In this document: positions 48,082 to 58,812 of the stretch, piece by piece
Layout: every line of letters begins with the position of its first letter
Position numbering within the stretch: the first letter of the stretch is position 1
From: a virus
Length of the DNA stretch: 64,000 nucleotides
Strand: one strand, 5' to 3'
IMG/VR virus record: IMGVR_UViG_3300025098_000019
Location: 46,011 to 110,010 of that record
Made by a program: the position numbers and the translations under genes
The notes under the pieces: generated by a model
The model's database searches: none
What the model was told of the DNA's origin: nothing
What the model saw: the letters and a program-made list of their open reading frames with translations, nothing else

Positions 48082-51000
48082 ATGGCTAGTAAACTAAAAC
48101 ACATTAGAAGTAGTGTACCGGGAAGAGTACCTACAGACTCACAGATCGAAACAGGTCAAATTGCAATTAACACTGCTGATGGTAAAATTTTTACCAAAAA
48201 GGAAAACGGTGAAATTGTTGCGCTACAGGCGGTTGATCCAGATTTTGCATCGTCAAGTATTTTCCAAGGCGATACTTTATTAAAAGTATTAGACGCTCAG
48301 GATAGTACTAAAGCAAGTATTACTGCAAGTGTAGACGGCGTATCCAAAGTTGTTATTGAAGCAGACGGTACCGAATTTAACGGACCAATTACTGTTAATG
48401 CAGCAGAAACATTATTCTTTAATGATGCTGATGACAACAAATACGTAGGTATACAAGCACCTGATGATGTTAACTTTAGCTATATTATTAAACTTCCACC
48501 AGAAGATTCAATTGACCCTGCTGTACTAACAACAGACGGACAGGGAAATACATTTTGGGGTAGACCAGATGCGTTTGGCGGAAACAGAGTTTATGTTTCA
48601 GACAAATATGGTAATGACGAAAACGACGGTACTAGCCAACCAGTTAAGTCAATTACGCGAGCAACACAAATTGCAGCAGATTTATCATATCGTCCAAAAG
48701 TAGATCCGGGTAGAGAATTCTTTAACGCTAAGAAATTATTGCGTGACAACAAGCCATATATTAAAGAAGAAGCAATTGCGTTTATTGAAGCAAACTTTGT
48801 TAACTTTTTTCCAGAGTTTGATCAAACAGACTTTGGCAATGACGTAGTTAAATTAGTTGATGCTGTAACAGAAGATATTGTATTTGCAACAAATTATAAA
48901 TCAACAGTACTAGCATTAGAATTAGCTGAAAAGCAAAAAGCATTTGCAACAGACGGCCAAAAAGCAAAATACATTGATTTTGTAGAATATGTTCTTACTA
49001 GACTAGAACTTATTGCGCCACTTGATGCAGCAACACTTCCTGCTATTAGAACACTATGGGCATCTATTGTTGAAATTATATGGACTGATCTTGACGATGC
49101 TCAAGCAATGAGCGAAATATACTTTACTCCAAATCCAACTGCAATAACAACACTTACAAATGGTGTTGATCTTCTAAGAAGAAACAAAGAGTTTATTGCC
49201 GAAGAACAAATTGCTTGGATCGAAGCAGAAATACTTGCTGGTAATTCACCTTTTAACAACGGCTTAACATATTCACAAGAAGTATGGAAAGACTTTTATA
49301 ATGACTTAATTGATGCAATAGCATATGATTTACAGTATAGTGGTAATACTGCTACAATAGCACAGACTGATTGGCTAGCATCTGGTGATGATAATATTAC
49401 AGGTGTTGAAGCACAATATAGAGAAGCAATTACACATTTAGTAACTTATATTGATGATGTAATCGAAAGCAACACAATATCAGTACCAGCGCAATCGACA
49501 GTAGCACAGGTTACTGACGCAGCAAATGGTAGTAGTGTTGAATCAGCAGCAGCTATTTCATTGTTAACACAATTAAATGAAAGAACATATCAAGATCCTG
49601 GTAATTACCCTGTTATAATAACTAATCCAGCATACGTTGCTGCTTTTAACTTTGATCCTGGTAATACTGACAGAGGTACAATCCAAGACGAAACAGCAGC
49701 AGTTAGACAAAACTCAATTATCTACTTAGATCAAAAGTATCCTGGTGCATATAAAGAAGCAAAATGTCGTAGAGACACTGGGCTTATTGTAGATGCAGCA
49801 TATTGGGATATTTTATTAGGTACTAATTATAATCAAGTTACAGCTGGATTATCGTATACTAGAGGTACAAGTGCGTACTTAGGAAATTATCAAAATATTC
49901 AAACTGTAGAAAGTTTAAAACATGCTAAAACGTTAGCAACAGTGCTTACAGGTTCTGATGCAGTTGCACAATTCCGTAATGACGAAGCATGGGACGAAGT
50001 TGTATACATTATTGAAAACGGTGTTACTGAAGACGGGTCAACAAGACCTATGCAGTATCCATCACCAGTTGGCGTTTCAGAGTTTAAAGTTGAAGCCAAA
50101 GATGTACTACAAGACAAAAGAATACTTATTCAAAATAGAGCAATTAGTTGGTTAACACTTAACTACCCTGCACTTGTGTATGATGCTGCAAAATGTCGTA
50201 GAGACGTAGGTTATGTAATTGACGCATTATGCTACGATACAACATATGGCGGTAACAGTGCTACACATTATAATGCTTCTATGTATTATGAAAATGCTGT
50301 TAACCAATTACCACCAGAACAAAGAGTAATTACATCAGCACTATACGCAGAATTAAAAAATTGGGTTGAAGGTGCAATTTCAGGTACTGACTTTACTGAA
50401 GCAATTGATGAAGAAGGTAACCCTGTTATAGTTGATCCAACAGGCACAACAGCACCAACTGGTACACCAACTGAGGACGATACCGGCGGCACTGGTACAG
50501 GAACCGGCGGCGGTACACCTACGGCAGCTCCACCAACAGGCGGACCAACTGGTACAGAGCCAACTGGTGAACCACCAGAAGAATTAGATCCATTACTAAT
50601 TGTAGAAATTCAAAATATACAAGCATTAATTGATGTTATCATTGGTGTAATTGATCAAGGACTTACTCAACTACCAAATAAAATTAATCCTGACATAGCA
50701 TGGGTATCGGGTTCTGTTACAACAGCAGCAACAAACTTATTAAACGGTGTTTCTGGAATCCAGCAGTCAGTTATTGAATATATTGAAAATAACTTTACTG
50801 GATATGTTTATGACCCAGCCGACTTTACTGCTAAATTAGGTGCATTTATCGATGCAGCAGAACTAGACGTTGGATTAAGTACAAACTATAATTCTGTTAC
50901 AGCAGGTAGAGCATATAATATTGTTGAAGCACCAAATGTATTCATTGACCAATTACGTGAGTTTTTACTTACTATAACAGATCTTAAAGCAAGAGCATTA

Positions 51001-54000
51001 CTAGTTAGTAATGTAGCTGATTTTCCAAATGCAACAACATCTGTTACTAATTCGTTTGATGAAATTATTAATATTATTACAAACGGTAACAGTTCTGCAA
51101 ATGCACTAACATTTACTTCACCAACTGGTGCTACTGACACTGAATATGCTAAAGATCATTTACAACTTAATAGAGAATTTTTACAAGACGAAATTATTGC
51201 GTGGATAGATGTTAACTACGGTAGTTTAAGATATGTTCCTCGTATAACTAAAGAAAGAGTTGGATTTGTTGTTGATGCACTAAGCTATGACATATTATAC
51301 GGCGGAAATAGTGCTACGAGATTTGCAGCAGCGGCGTACTTCTTTGGTTCAACCGGACTTGGTGGCGCAGAAGCTAATGCAACAGCAGCAGCATATAATA
51401 GATTACAAACTGTTGTAGCACAAGTAGTTAGAGGTATTACAGTATCTAAATCGACTGGTAATACTCAAGTACAGGATACATCAAGTCAAAATGCCGACGA
51501 AGCAACAGCAATTCTAGTACAAAACTTAGTACAGATTGTTGAAGATACAATTACTAATGGCGACTTGTCAGCATTGCCAGCTACAATTACACCGTCTACA
51601 GCTTGGAACGTATCAGATCTTATAGATGCAGCAACAGGACTTAACAATTCACAATCAGCAATGATTACAGAATCAATATTCTACTTAAACACTATCACGT
51701 TTGATTATAATAGAGATACATGTAAGCGTGATATTGGATTGATTGTTGACGCAGTAGCTTATGATATTGTATTAGGCGGAAATCAAAAGTCTGTCGAAGG
51801 CGGACTAAGTTACTTGGCAATTGCTAAAGTAATGAAGCAACAGTTATTCCAAACATTGAAATCAATTCAATTTACTAGAGACTTATGTGTAGACGGTATT
51901 TTAACTAATACAGCATATACGCCAACGTATACTAATGTTGCACCATTCCAAAAATTATATACTAACCTTGAGACTCAATCAGCAGTTGCAACTGTTAGAG
52001 AACGATTTGACGAATTATTATTAGTATTAACTAGACCAGCAAAAACTGCTCCTGAGCTTGTTGGTGTAAGTACTAAACTTAATACTTACAATGCATTACA
52101 AAATGCTAAATCTGTAATACAAACAGCAACAACACGTTTTATTAAAGGTACATTTAGCGGATTTATTTACAATGTTGCAACGTGTGAACGTGATATTGGT
52201 TTAATTATTGATGCAGTATGTTATGACTTAATTACAGGTTCGTACTTTGCTTCAGCTGTAGCAGGTAGATCGTATGCACGTGGCACAGCAAGTGTTGTAA
52301 ATGCAAGCCAAAAAGAAGAAACAGTAGCAGCATTTGGATACGCTAAAGGATTATCACTAGAGTATGCTGATAGTATTGAACAAGCTGAAATAGCACTTCT
52401 TTGGGATATTGTTATTGATCTTATCAGTACAGGTGTTACTGACAAAGGTAATATTTGGAACAACTTTACATATAATTCTGTTAAGTGTGCAAGAGATACT
52501 GAATATCTTGTAGATGCAGTACGTCTTGATGCTATCTTTAACAGTAATTATAGATCAGTTGCAAGTGCAAAACGTTATCTAAGTGGCACAGCAAGTGTTG
52601 TAACGACTAGTCAAAAGCCTCAAACTGCTGCGGCGTTCGGCGAAGCTAAGGTATTAACAGCAGCAATTCTTAGTGATGCTACGTTAATCTCACGCTCAAA
52701 TGCGCTGTGGGACGAAATTATTGATATAGTTCAAAATGGCGAAGACGCAGTAGATGCATATGTTAGACCAATTCCAACAGGCGGCTCAGGAAACGCAAGT
52801 GATTCCGGTTACGCAAATGCAGCAGCACAATTAATTGCTAACAAAACATTTATGCAAAAAGAAGTTAGTGCATGGATTGCTGGTCAAATAGGTGCATCGC
52901 AACCTCCGTTTACATCAGACTTTGTATATGATACAGAGAAGTGTGAAAGAGACATAGGATTGCTTGTTGACGCACTTGTTTATGATATCACATACGGCGG
53001 TAACTTACAAACTTATGACGCAGCAAATGCTTACTATAAAGATGGTGTAGCGCAATACGGCACAGATGAAAAAGAAGAAACTATTGCTGCATACAATCGA
53101 TTAAAAACTATTGCAGAACAAGTTATTATTGAAACAGCAGTTGTTGTATCAGCAGGAAACCAAGAAACGCAAGATACATCAGGTACAGCAGGTAGTGCAG
53201 CAGCAGGAAACCAAGCTGAAGCATTAGTTCAACAACTTATGGATACACTGACTAATGACGGCACGTTGCCAGTTAGATCAGAGCCTGATATTAGTTGGAC
53301 AAGTGGTACATTCCAAACACAATATGCTTCACTTGGAACAGCAGGTCAGGAAAGTATATCTGCAGACGTTATTACTTGGATTGATAACAACATTGCAAAC
53401 GCATTCCCAACTAACAACTACACACCAGCAGATGCTGCAACATCAGTATCTACTTTCCAAACTAACAAAGCAACTTATATAAGTTCAGTAACTAGTTGGA
53501 TCTCAACAAACTATCCTGATTTAACTTATGATAGTGCAACGTGTGAAAGAGATACAGGATTCTTAATTGATGCAATAAGTCATGATCTTATGTATAACGG
53601 TAACGTACAGTCGTACATTGCAGCTGATGCATATTATAGCTTTGGTGTATTACAATTAGGCAGTGTTGCTGAAAAAGAAGCTACAGTAGCAGCATATACA
53701 TATTTAAGAAACTTAATGATTGCAGATTCAACTGGGGTTGACACAGGCACAAGAATTACAGCATTATTTACTGATGTGTTTGTAATTATTAATGAAGGTG
53801 ATATACCAGATATTGTTGAAGCAAGATTTGATATTATTCCAATTACTGTTGCAGTATCAGCAGGTGACTTCTATGTTAACAACCCAATTATTGTTCCAGA
53901 CTTTGTTACTATTGTTGGTGATTCAATTCGTTCAGTTGTTATTAGACCACTCAATGCTGGTAAGGATATGTTCCGTACACGTAATGGTACATATATCTTT

Positions 54001-57000
54001 GGTGTAACATTTAAAGATGCACTAGACGAAAACAATATTCCAACATATACGTTTGATTTTGCATTAGCATTTGATGACCCGGCTGATACGTCAGTTGATA
54101 GAACTGAATATTTTGGTATTGGTAATACTAAACCAATTATTACAACTTCACCATATATTCAGAACTGTTCAATCATATCGTTCTTAGGTGCAAACGGTGC
54201 AAAAGTTGATGGTAGTAAAATTACTACTCCAAACATTCCAAAAATACTTGAAGAAGTTGAAACACCAGTTAGCTTCGGAGACGGCATACCAGAACAAGGT
54301 AAGTCAATGGTTTCGAACGCATTTACTACACTATCGTTTGGTGGTACAGGTTGGTTAGTAATTAACGATGCTTATGCACAGATTGTTAGTTGTTTCCAAA
54401 TCTTCATGCTTAACGGTAGTTACTGTCAGTCAGGTGGTTACTTATCAATTACTAACTCAGCTTCAAACTTTGGTTTGTATGCATTACGTGCAAGTGGTTA
54501 TTCGCAAAACGCATTCTTGTTTGATAGAGGAACAATTGTTGCAAGTGGCTTTGACGGCGGCAATACATTTACAAGTATTGGTACAGGTCGTTCACCAATT
54601 GAACAATTTGTTATTAGAATTAGAGATAAGGACGATAACACTGATATTACAGCAGATTACAAACAAGCAACTACTGAAGTATCATTTGATGCTGCAACTA
54701 GCATAGATGCTGCAACTAACATTATTACTATTGTAGATCACGGATTTACAAATAATCAAGCAGTATATTATAATAGCCTTGCTAATGATGATATTCCGGG
54801 ATTATTAGACCAAGGACAGTATTATGTAAATATTATTGATACAAATACATTTAGATTGTTTAATGATAACTCGTTAACATTTGCAACTGAAGTTTCTCCA
54901 GGCACTGGAACACATTCATTTACATTAAATGCAGAAGAATTTACTGTTCAAGGCATATTAAATGAGCATAACAACTATCAAACACTTGTTCTAACAGACG
55001 GACAAAATTTATCAATTAGTAGCTTTACTACAGGTGATGCACTATTAGGTACTACTGGTAGTTTTGAAAATACTGCATTTGTACTTGATTGGGATCACTT
55101 AACAAGAACACTTGTTGTATCTAATGAAGGTACTAACGTTGGTGCAGATGAACCAATTACAGTACGTTTTGAAGACACGTCAACAATTACACAAGTTGCA
55201 GGAGCACTTATTTCTCCAGCATACACAATTGAATCAGCTGTAGCAAGAACTGATTACTGGACAGCAACATTTACTGTTGACTCAACAGTACCTGACAACA
55301 GTATACAAAATCCAAGTCAGGCAGTAAGTAACAAGATTAGTTTCCACAGACCTTCAATTGTTAACAGTTCATCACATACTTGGGAATATTCAGGTTCAGG
55401 TGTTGACTATAACGCACTACCACAAAACGGCGGTAAGAGCCAAGGTACAGATTTTGAGCAATATTCAGAACTACCAGGACGAGTTTACGCTTCGGGTACT
55501 AACGAACTTGGTGACTTTAAAGTTGGTTCGTTTATTGTTGCTGAAAACAAGTCAGGTGAAATTGCGTTTAATGCAAGAGTTACAGTTGGCGAACTTGCTG
55601 TATTACGTTTGAGCTTATCAGATGTTAATATTGAGGAGTTCTCCACAGACGTAGGCTTGGGTGATAATGAAATTGGCGGCGCAAAAGATACTCGTGTATC
55701 AACTCAGCTTGCTATACGTAGCTTTGTTGCTAATAGACTTGGTAACGTACTAGATAAGAACGTTAGTTCTAACGCAGTACCGGGTGCTGTTGTACAGTTA
55801 AACTCAGCAGGACAGATCAACGCAGACTTGTTACCGCCAGCACGTGGTATTACAACATACAATGTTGATGAGTGGGAAGGTAGATTAAGACTTTCAGAAC
55901 GTGTTCCACCAGTTGAAGTAATTGCAGGTGATAACGCAAGTGAAACGTATGATCAAGCAATTATTGTAGTATCCAACAACATAACAGCTAACAAGGGTGA
56001 CGAAATTACCCAGGTTGGTAATGCTGGAGCATTTGGTTATAACCAAAATACAATTATTAATAATACAGTTATAACATTAGCAGACGTTACTGGTACATTT
56101 AACACTACAGGCGAGCTTGAAGTTAATGGTGTTGCGCAGTCAGGCATTATTCCAACTACTGTTAACGCAACAGAAGAAATTGTTGACAACTACTTTATGA
56201 AGAGTGACACTATTAGTCAGTACTTAGTACTTGAAGGTGGCGTCACATATGACTTTACTGGCATTACTGAAGTAATTGGTGCTAACGCAGGCGCACAAGG
56301 TGATATTACAGCAGGACCAACATATGGTAACATTGCATCACTTAACTATGCAACATTTACAGCAGGTACTGGATATACTCCAGGTACTGGAACAGCAACA
56401 TACAAAGACATTCCATTAACAGGCGGCACAGGCACAGGTGCAGTTGGTGATGTTATTGTTACTGGCGGCACAGTTGAAAGTGTTCAGCTAAAAGTAAGTG
56501 GAACAGGCTATACAGCAGGTGACACACTAAGTGCAGCATCGTCAGCTATTGGTGGTACTGGTTCAGGCTTTAGTATTAACATTGCTACAGTACAAACTAG
56601 ATTGTTTATTGATCTATCAGGCGGCTTTACTAAGTTTAGTGCTAATGAAGGTTCACCAGATTACATACAAGATGCTAATGCAACTGTTAAAACTATTGCA
56701 GATGTAACAGCAACTACAAATGTTATTGTTAACGGTGCTGATATTGGCGCAGGCGGTGATATTGATTACTTAAACAGTGAATTTGAAGTTTCAGGACACG
56801 GTCTTGTAAGTGGTGAAGCTGTTAAGTATAACAGAAACGGTAACCCAGTAATAGGTAACTTAATTGATGGCGAAACATACTTTGTTAAAGTAATAGATAT
56901 AGATACATTTGAACTTTACGCAAACTATGCATTTACATCGGGCTCACAGATACTATTAGGTGGTTCAACATCAGGTAACCATGTATTTGCACATGATGTA

Positions 57001-58773
57001 ATATCAGTTGATAACGATATTTTCAATATTCCATCACACACATTTATTACAGGTGATATTGTAAGATTAAGTGCTAGTGATGCACCAGCTGGGTTATTAG
57101 ACCAAACAACTTACTTTGTTGGTAGTGTAACAACTAATACATTTACGTTACATGAGCAAGGCGGTGATGCATTAGCAAGTACAAACGGTGTATCTCTAAA
57201 TGCAGTTGATTTAACTGACACTGGTACAGGTTCACTTACACTTACACTACAAAACGTTGCTATTGTTGGAACAGTAAACACAAGTTCAACAACACTTAAC
57301 AACTGGGGCATACTTGCTTCAAGTAGCTTCGATGCAAGTGCTATTGTTAGTGGTGTTATTGATCCTTCTAGACTTGCTCCAGAAGGAAGTGCATCAGATC
57401 AATCATTCTTAAGATTACTGAATGGTAATAGTGCTTGGGTACTTGCTGTACAAAATATTAGAGCAACAGCAGACAGTCCAATATCAGTAACTGGTGACTT
57501 CTTTACAGATCCAGATGACGGACTTAACAAGTTCTATTCAGAACTAGCATTAGATGTTTCAAGAGCTGATGATGCAGGTGGCGATACTAACTATACTAAC
57601 TTAGGTGTTGTAGGAACTAATAAACTACAGTTTACTACATCCAATGGACAAGTTAGCATTAAGAGTGGTATTGTAGATGCAGGATTCTTAGGCGGACAAG
57701 CGGGTAACTATTATACTAACCCAGCTAACTTGTCAAGCAGTGTACCAACTAATAAAGGTGGTACAGGACTAGCAAGTTTCACAGCAGGTGACTTGATTTA
57801 CTCAGGTGCAACTGATAGTTTAACTAACTTATCAATTGGTCCTAATAACTCAGTATTGTTTAGTGACGGAGCTGTTCCACAGTGGACAACATCACCAACA
57901 TTTGGTGGTGCGTTAACAATTGGCGGTATTGCTGCTGTTAACAGTACATCAGCAGCTACAAGCGCAACAACAGGTGCGCTACGTGTTGCAGGCGGTGTAG
58001 GTATTGGCGGAGACGTTTATCACACTGGTACGCTTAACACCGAAACACTAAATGTTATTAACCCAGATCCAAGTAATAATGTTGCTCTAGCTGTTAGATC
58101 TAGCTTACAATTCCAAGCAGTTGATGGCATTCAGCAAATTACTGCTAGAATGGATCAACCAGCAGGTGGTTTACGATTTGACGGTGCAGCTGGACAGTTG
58201 TTTACAATTACAGATACACTAGTTGGTACTGTGTTCTCAGTAAACAATGATACTAAAACATTATTAGAAGGTAATGACGTTAACGAACTTATTGCAGTTC
58301 CTTCAAGTAACAGTTATTTACTAGTTGGTCAAACATCAAACGATGGTGTTAGCAGACTACAAGTTACAGGACAGTCGGTATTTAATGGTAATGTAAATAT
58401 TACTGGCACAATGACTGCTGCTTCTAAGAGCTTCCTTATTACACATCCAGCTAAGCCAGGATATAAATTACAATACGGTTCACTTGAATCACCATATCAT
58501 GGTGTAAGATTAACTGGCGAAGGAGTTGTAAAGAATGGTACAGCAACTATTGAGCTACCTGACTATATCCATGCACTATGCCGCGAAGAAGGAGTTAATG
58601 TACAATTAACTAATATCAAACACGGACAGGTATTATGGGTAGAATCAGTTGATATTGCTAATAACCAAGTTGAAGTTAAAACTGAAAATACTGATGGTAA
58701 CTTTAAGTTTTACTGGAGCTTCACAGCAGTCAGAAAAGATGTTCCGCCACTAGCAACGGAGTATAAGTACTAA
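48082..58773 (+). CDS. Giant fibre/virion protein (3563 aa): split beta-helix, ~11 helical CxRD-type repeats, FCCH-like beta repeats, C-terminal chaperone-like domain
   Basis: VYVSDKYGND.NDG...VSAGDF...SPYIQNCS beta-helix; repeated KCxRD.G..VDA..YD...GGN; three HG......V.Y...GL.D...Y.V.....TF.L units; C-terminal KSFLITHP...L.YGSLESP. Late promoter at 47997. Confidence 0.75.
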   Translation: MASKLKHIRSSVPGRVPTDSQIETGQIAINTADGKIFTKKENGEIVALQAVDPDFASSSIFQGDTLLKVLDAQDSTKASITASVDGVSKVVIEADGTEFNGPITVNAAETLFFNDADDNKYVGIQAPDDVNFSYIIKLPPEDSIDPAVLTTDGQGNTFWGRPDAFGGNRVYVSDKYGNDENDGTSQPVKSITRATQIAADLSYRPKVDPGREFFNAKKLLRDNKPYIKEEAIAFIEANFVNFFPEFDQTDFGNDVVKLVDAVTEDIVFATNYKSTVLALELAEKQKAFATDGQKAKYIDFVEYVLTRLELIAPLDAATLPAIRTLWASIVEIIWTDLDDAQAMSEIYFTPNPTAITTLTNGVDLLRRNKEFIAEEQIAWIEAEILAGNSPFNNGLTYSQEVWKDFYNDLIDAIAYDLQYSGNTATIAQTDWLASGDDNITGVEAQYREAITHLVTYIDDVIESNTISVPAQSTVAQVTDAANGSSVESAAAISLLTQLNERTYQDPGNYPVIITNPAYVAAFNFDPGNTDRGTIQDETAAVRQNSIIYLDQKYPGAYKEAKCRRDTGLIVDAAYWDILLGTNYNQVTAGLSYTRGTSAYLGNYQNIQTVESLKHAKTLATVLTGSDAVAQFRNDEAWDEVVYIIENGVTEDGSTRPMQYPSPVGVSEFKVEAKDVLQDKRILIQNRAISWLTLNYPALVYDAAKCRRDVGYVIDALCYDTTYGGNSATHYNASMYYENAVNQLPPEQRVITSALYAELKNWVEGAISGTDFTEAIDEEGNPVIVDPTGTTAPTGTPTEDDTGGTGTGTGGGTPTAAPPTGGPTGTEPTGEPPEELDPLLIVEIQNIQALIDVIIGVIDQGLTQLPNKINPDIAWVSGSVTTAATNLLNGVSGIQQSVIEYIENNFTGYVYDPADFTAKLGAFIDAAELDVGLSTNYNSVTAGRAYNIVEAPNVFIDQLREFLLTITDLKARALLVSNVADFPNATTSVTNSFDEIINIITNGNSSANALTFTSPTGATDTEYAKDHLQLNREFLQDEIIAWIDVNYGSLRYVPRITKERVGFVVDALSYDILYGGNSATRFAAAAYFFGSTGLGGAEANATAAAYNRLQTVVAQVVRGITVSKSTGNTQVQDTSSQNADEATAILVQNLVQIVEDTITNGDLSALPATITPSTAWNVSDLIDAATGLNNSQSAMITESIFYLNTITFDYNRDTCKRDIGLIVDAVAYDIVLGGNQKSVEGGLSYLAIAKVMKQQLFQTLKSIQFTRDLCVDGILTNTAYTPTYTNVAPFQKLYTNLETQSAVATVRERFDELLLVLTRPAKTAPELVGVSTKLNTYNALQNAKSVIQTATTRFIKGTFSGFIYNVATCERDIGLIIDAVCYDLITGSYFASAVAGRSYARGTASVVNASQKEETVAAFGYAKGLSLEYADSIEQAEIALLWDIVIDLISTGVTDKGNIWNNFTYNSVKCARDTEYLVDAVRLDAIFNSNYRSVASAKRYLSGTASVVTTSQKPQTAAAFGEAKVLTAAILSDATLISRSNALWDEIIDIVQNGEDAVDAYVRPIPTGGSGNASDSGYANAAAQLIANKTFMQKEVSAWIAGQIGASQPPFTSDFVYDTEKCERDIGLLVDALVYDITYGGNLQTYDAANAYYKDGVAQYGTDEKEETIAAYNRLKTIAEQVIIETAVVVSAGNQETQDTSGTAGSAAAGNQAEALVQQLMDTLTNDGTLPVRSEPDISWTSGTFQTQYASLGTAGQESISADVITWIDNNIANAFPTNNYTPADAATSVSTFQTNKATYISSVTSWISTNYPDLTYDSATCERDTGFLIDAISHDLMYNGNVQSYIAADAYYSFGVLQLGSVAEKEATVAAYTYLRNLMIADSTGVDTGTRITALFTDVFVIINEGDIPDIVEARFDIIPITVAVSAGDFYVNNPIIVPDFVTIVGDSIRSVVIRPLNAGKDMFRTRNGTYIFGVTFKDALDENNIPTYTFDFALAFDDPADTSVDRTEYFGIGNTKPIITTSPYIQNCSIISFLGANGAKVDGSKITTPNIPKILEEVETPVSFGDGIPEQGKSMVSNAFTTLSFGGTGWLVINDAYAQIVSCFQIFMLNGSYCQSGGYLSITNSASNFGLYALRASGYSQNAFLFDRGTIVASGFDGGNTFTSIGTGRSPIEQFVIRIRDKDDNTDITADYKQATTEVSFDAATSIDAATNIITIVDHGFTNNQAVYYNSLANDDIPGLLDQGQYYVNIIDTNTFRLFNDNSLTFATEVSPGTGTHSFTLNAEEFTVQGILNEHNNYQTLVLTDGQNLSISSFTTGDALLGTTGSFENTAFVLDWDHLTRTLVVSNEGTNVGADEPITVRFEDTSTITQVAGALISPAYTIESAVARTDYWTATFTVDSTVPDNSIQNPSQAVSNKISFHRPSIVNSSSHTWEYSGSGVDYNALPQNGGKSQGTDFEQYSELPGRVYASGTNELGDFKVGSFIVAENKSGEIAFNARVTVGELAVLRLSLSDVNIEEFSTDVGLGDNEIGGAKDTRVSTQLAIRSFVANRLGNVLDKNVSSNAVPGAVVQLNSAGQINADLLPPARGITTYNVDEWEGRLRLSERVPPVEVIAGDNASETYDQAIIVVSNNITANKGDEITQVGNAGAFGYNQNTIINNTVITLADVTGTFNTTGELEVNGVAQSGIIPTTVNATEEIVDNYFMKSDTISQYLVLEGGVTYDFTGITEVIGANAGAQGDITAGPTYGNIASLNYATFTAGTGYTPGTGTATYKDIPLTGGTGTGAVGDVIVTGGTVESVQLKVSGTGYTAGDTLSAASSAIGGTGSGFSINIATVQTRLFIDLSGGFTKFSANEGSPDYIQDANATVKTIADVTATTNVIVNGADIGAGGDIDYLNSEFEVSGHGLVSGEAVKYNRNGNPVIGNLIDGETYFVKVIDIDTFELYANYAFTSGSQILLGGSTSGNHVFAHDVISVDNDIFNIPSHTFITGDIVRLSASDAPAGLLDQTTYFVGSVTTNTFTLHEQGGDALASTNGVSLNAVDLTDTGTGSLTLTLQNVAIVGTVNTSSTTLNNWGILASSSFDASAIVSGVIDPSRLAPEGSASDQSFLRLLNGNSAWVLAVQNIRATADSPISVTGDFFTDPDDGLNKFYSELALDVSRADDAGGDTNYTNLGVVGTNKLQFTTSNGQVSIKSGIVDAGFLGGQAGNYYTNPANLSSSVPTNKGGTGLASFTAGDLIYSGATDSLTNLSIGPNNSVLFSDGAVPQWTTSPTFGGALTIGGIAAVNSTSAATSATTGALRVAGGVGIGGDVYHTGTLNTETLNVINPDPSNNVALAVRSSLQFQAVDGIQQITARMDQPAGGLRFDGAAGQLFTITDTLVGTVFSVNNDTKTLLEGNDVNELIAVPSSNSYLLVGQTSNDGVSRLQVTGQSVFNGNVNITGTMTAASKSFLITHPAKPGYKLQYGSLESPYHGVRLTGEGVVKNGTATIELPDYIHALCREEGVNVQLTNIKHGQVLWVESVDIANNQVEVKTENTDGNFKFYWSFTAVRKDVPPLATEYKY

Positions 58774-58812
58774 TGATAAAGCAATATAAATTGTTAAAAG
58801 GAGACATTTAAA

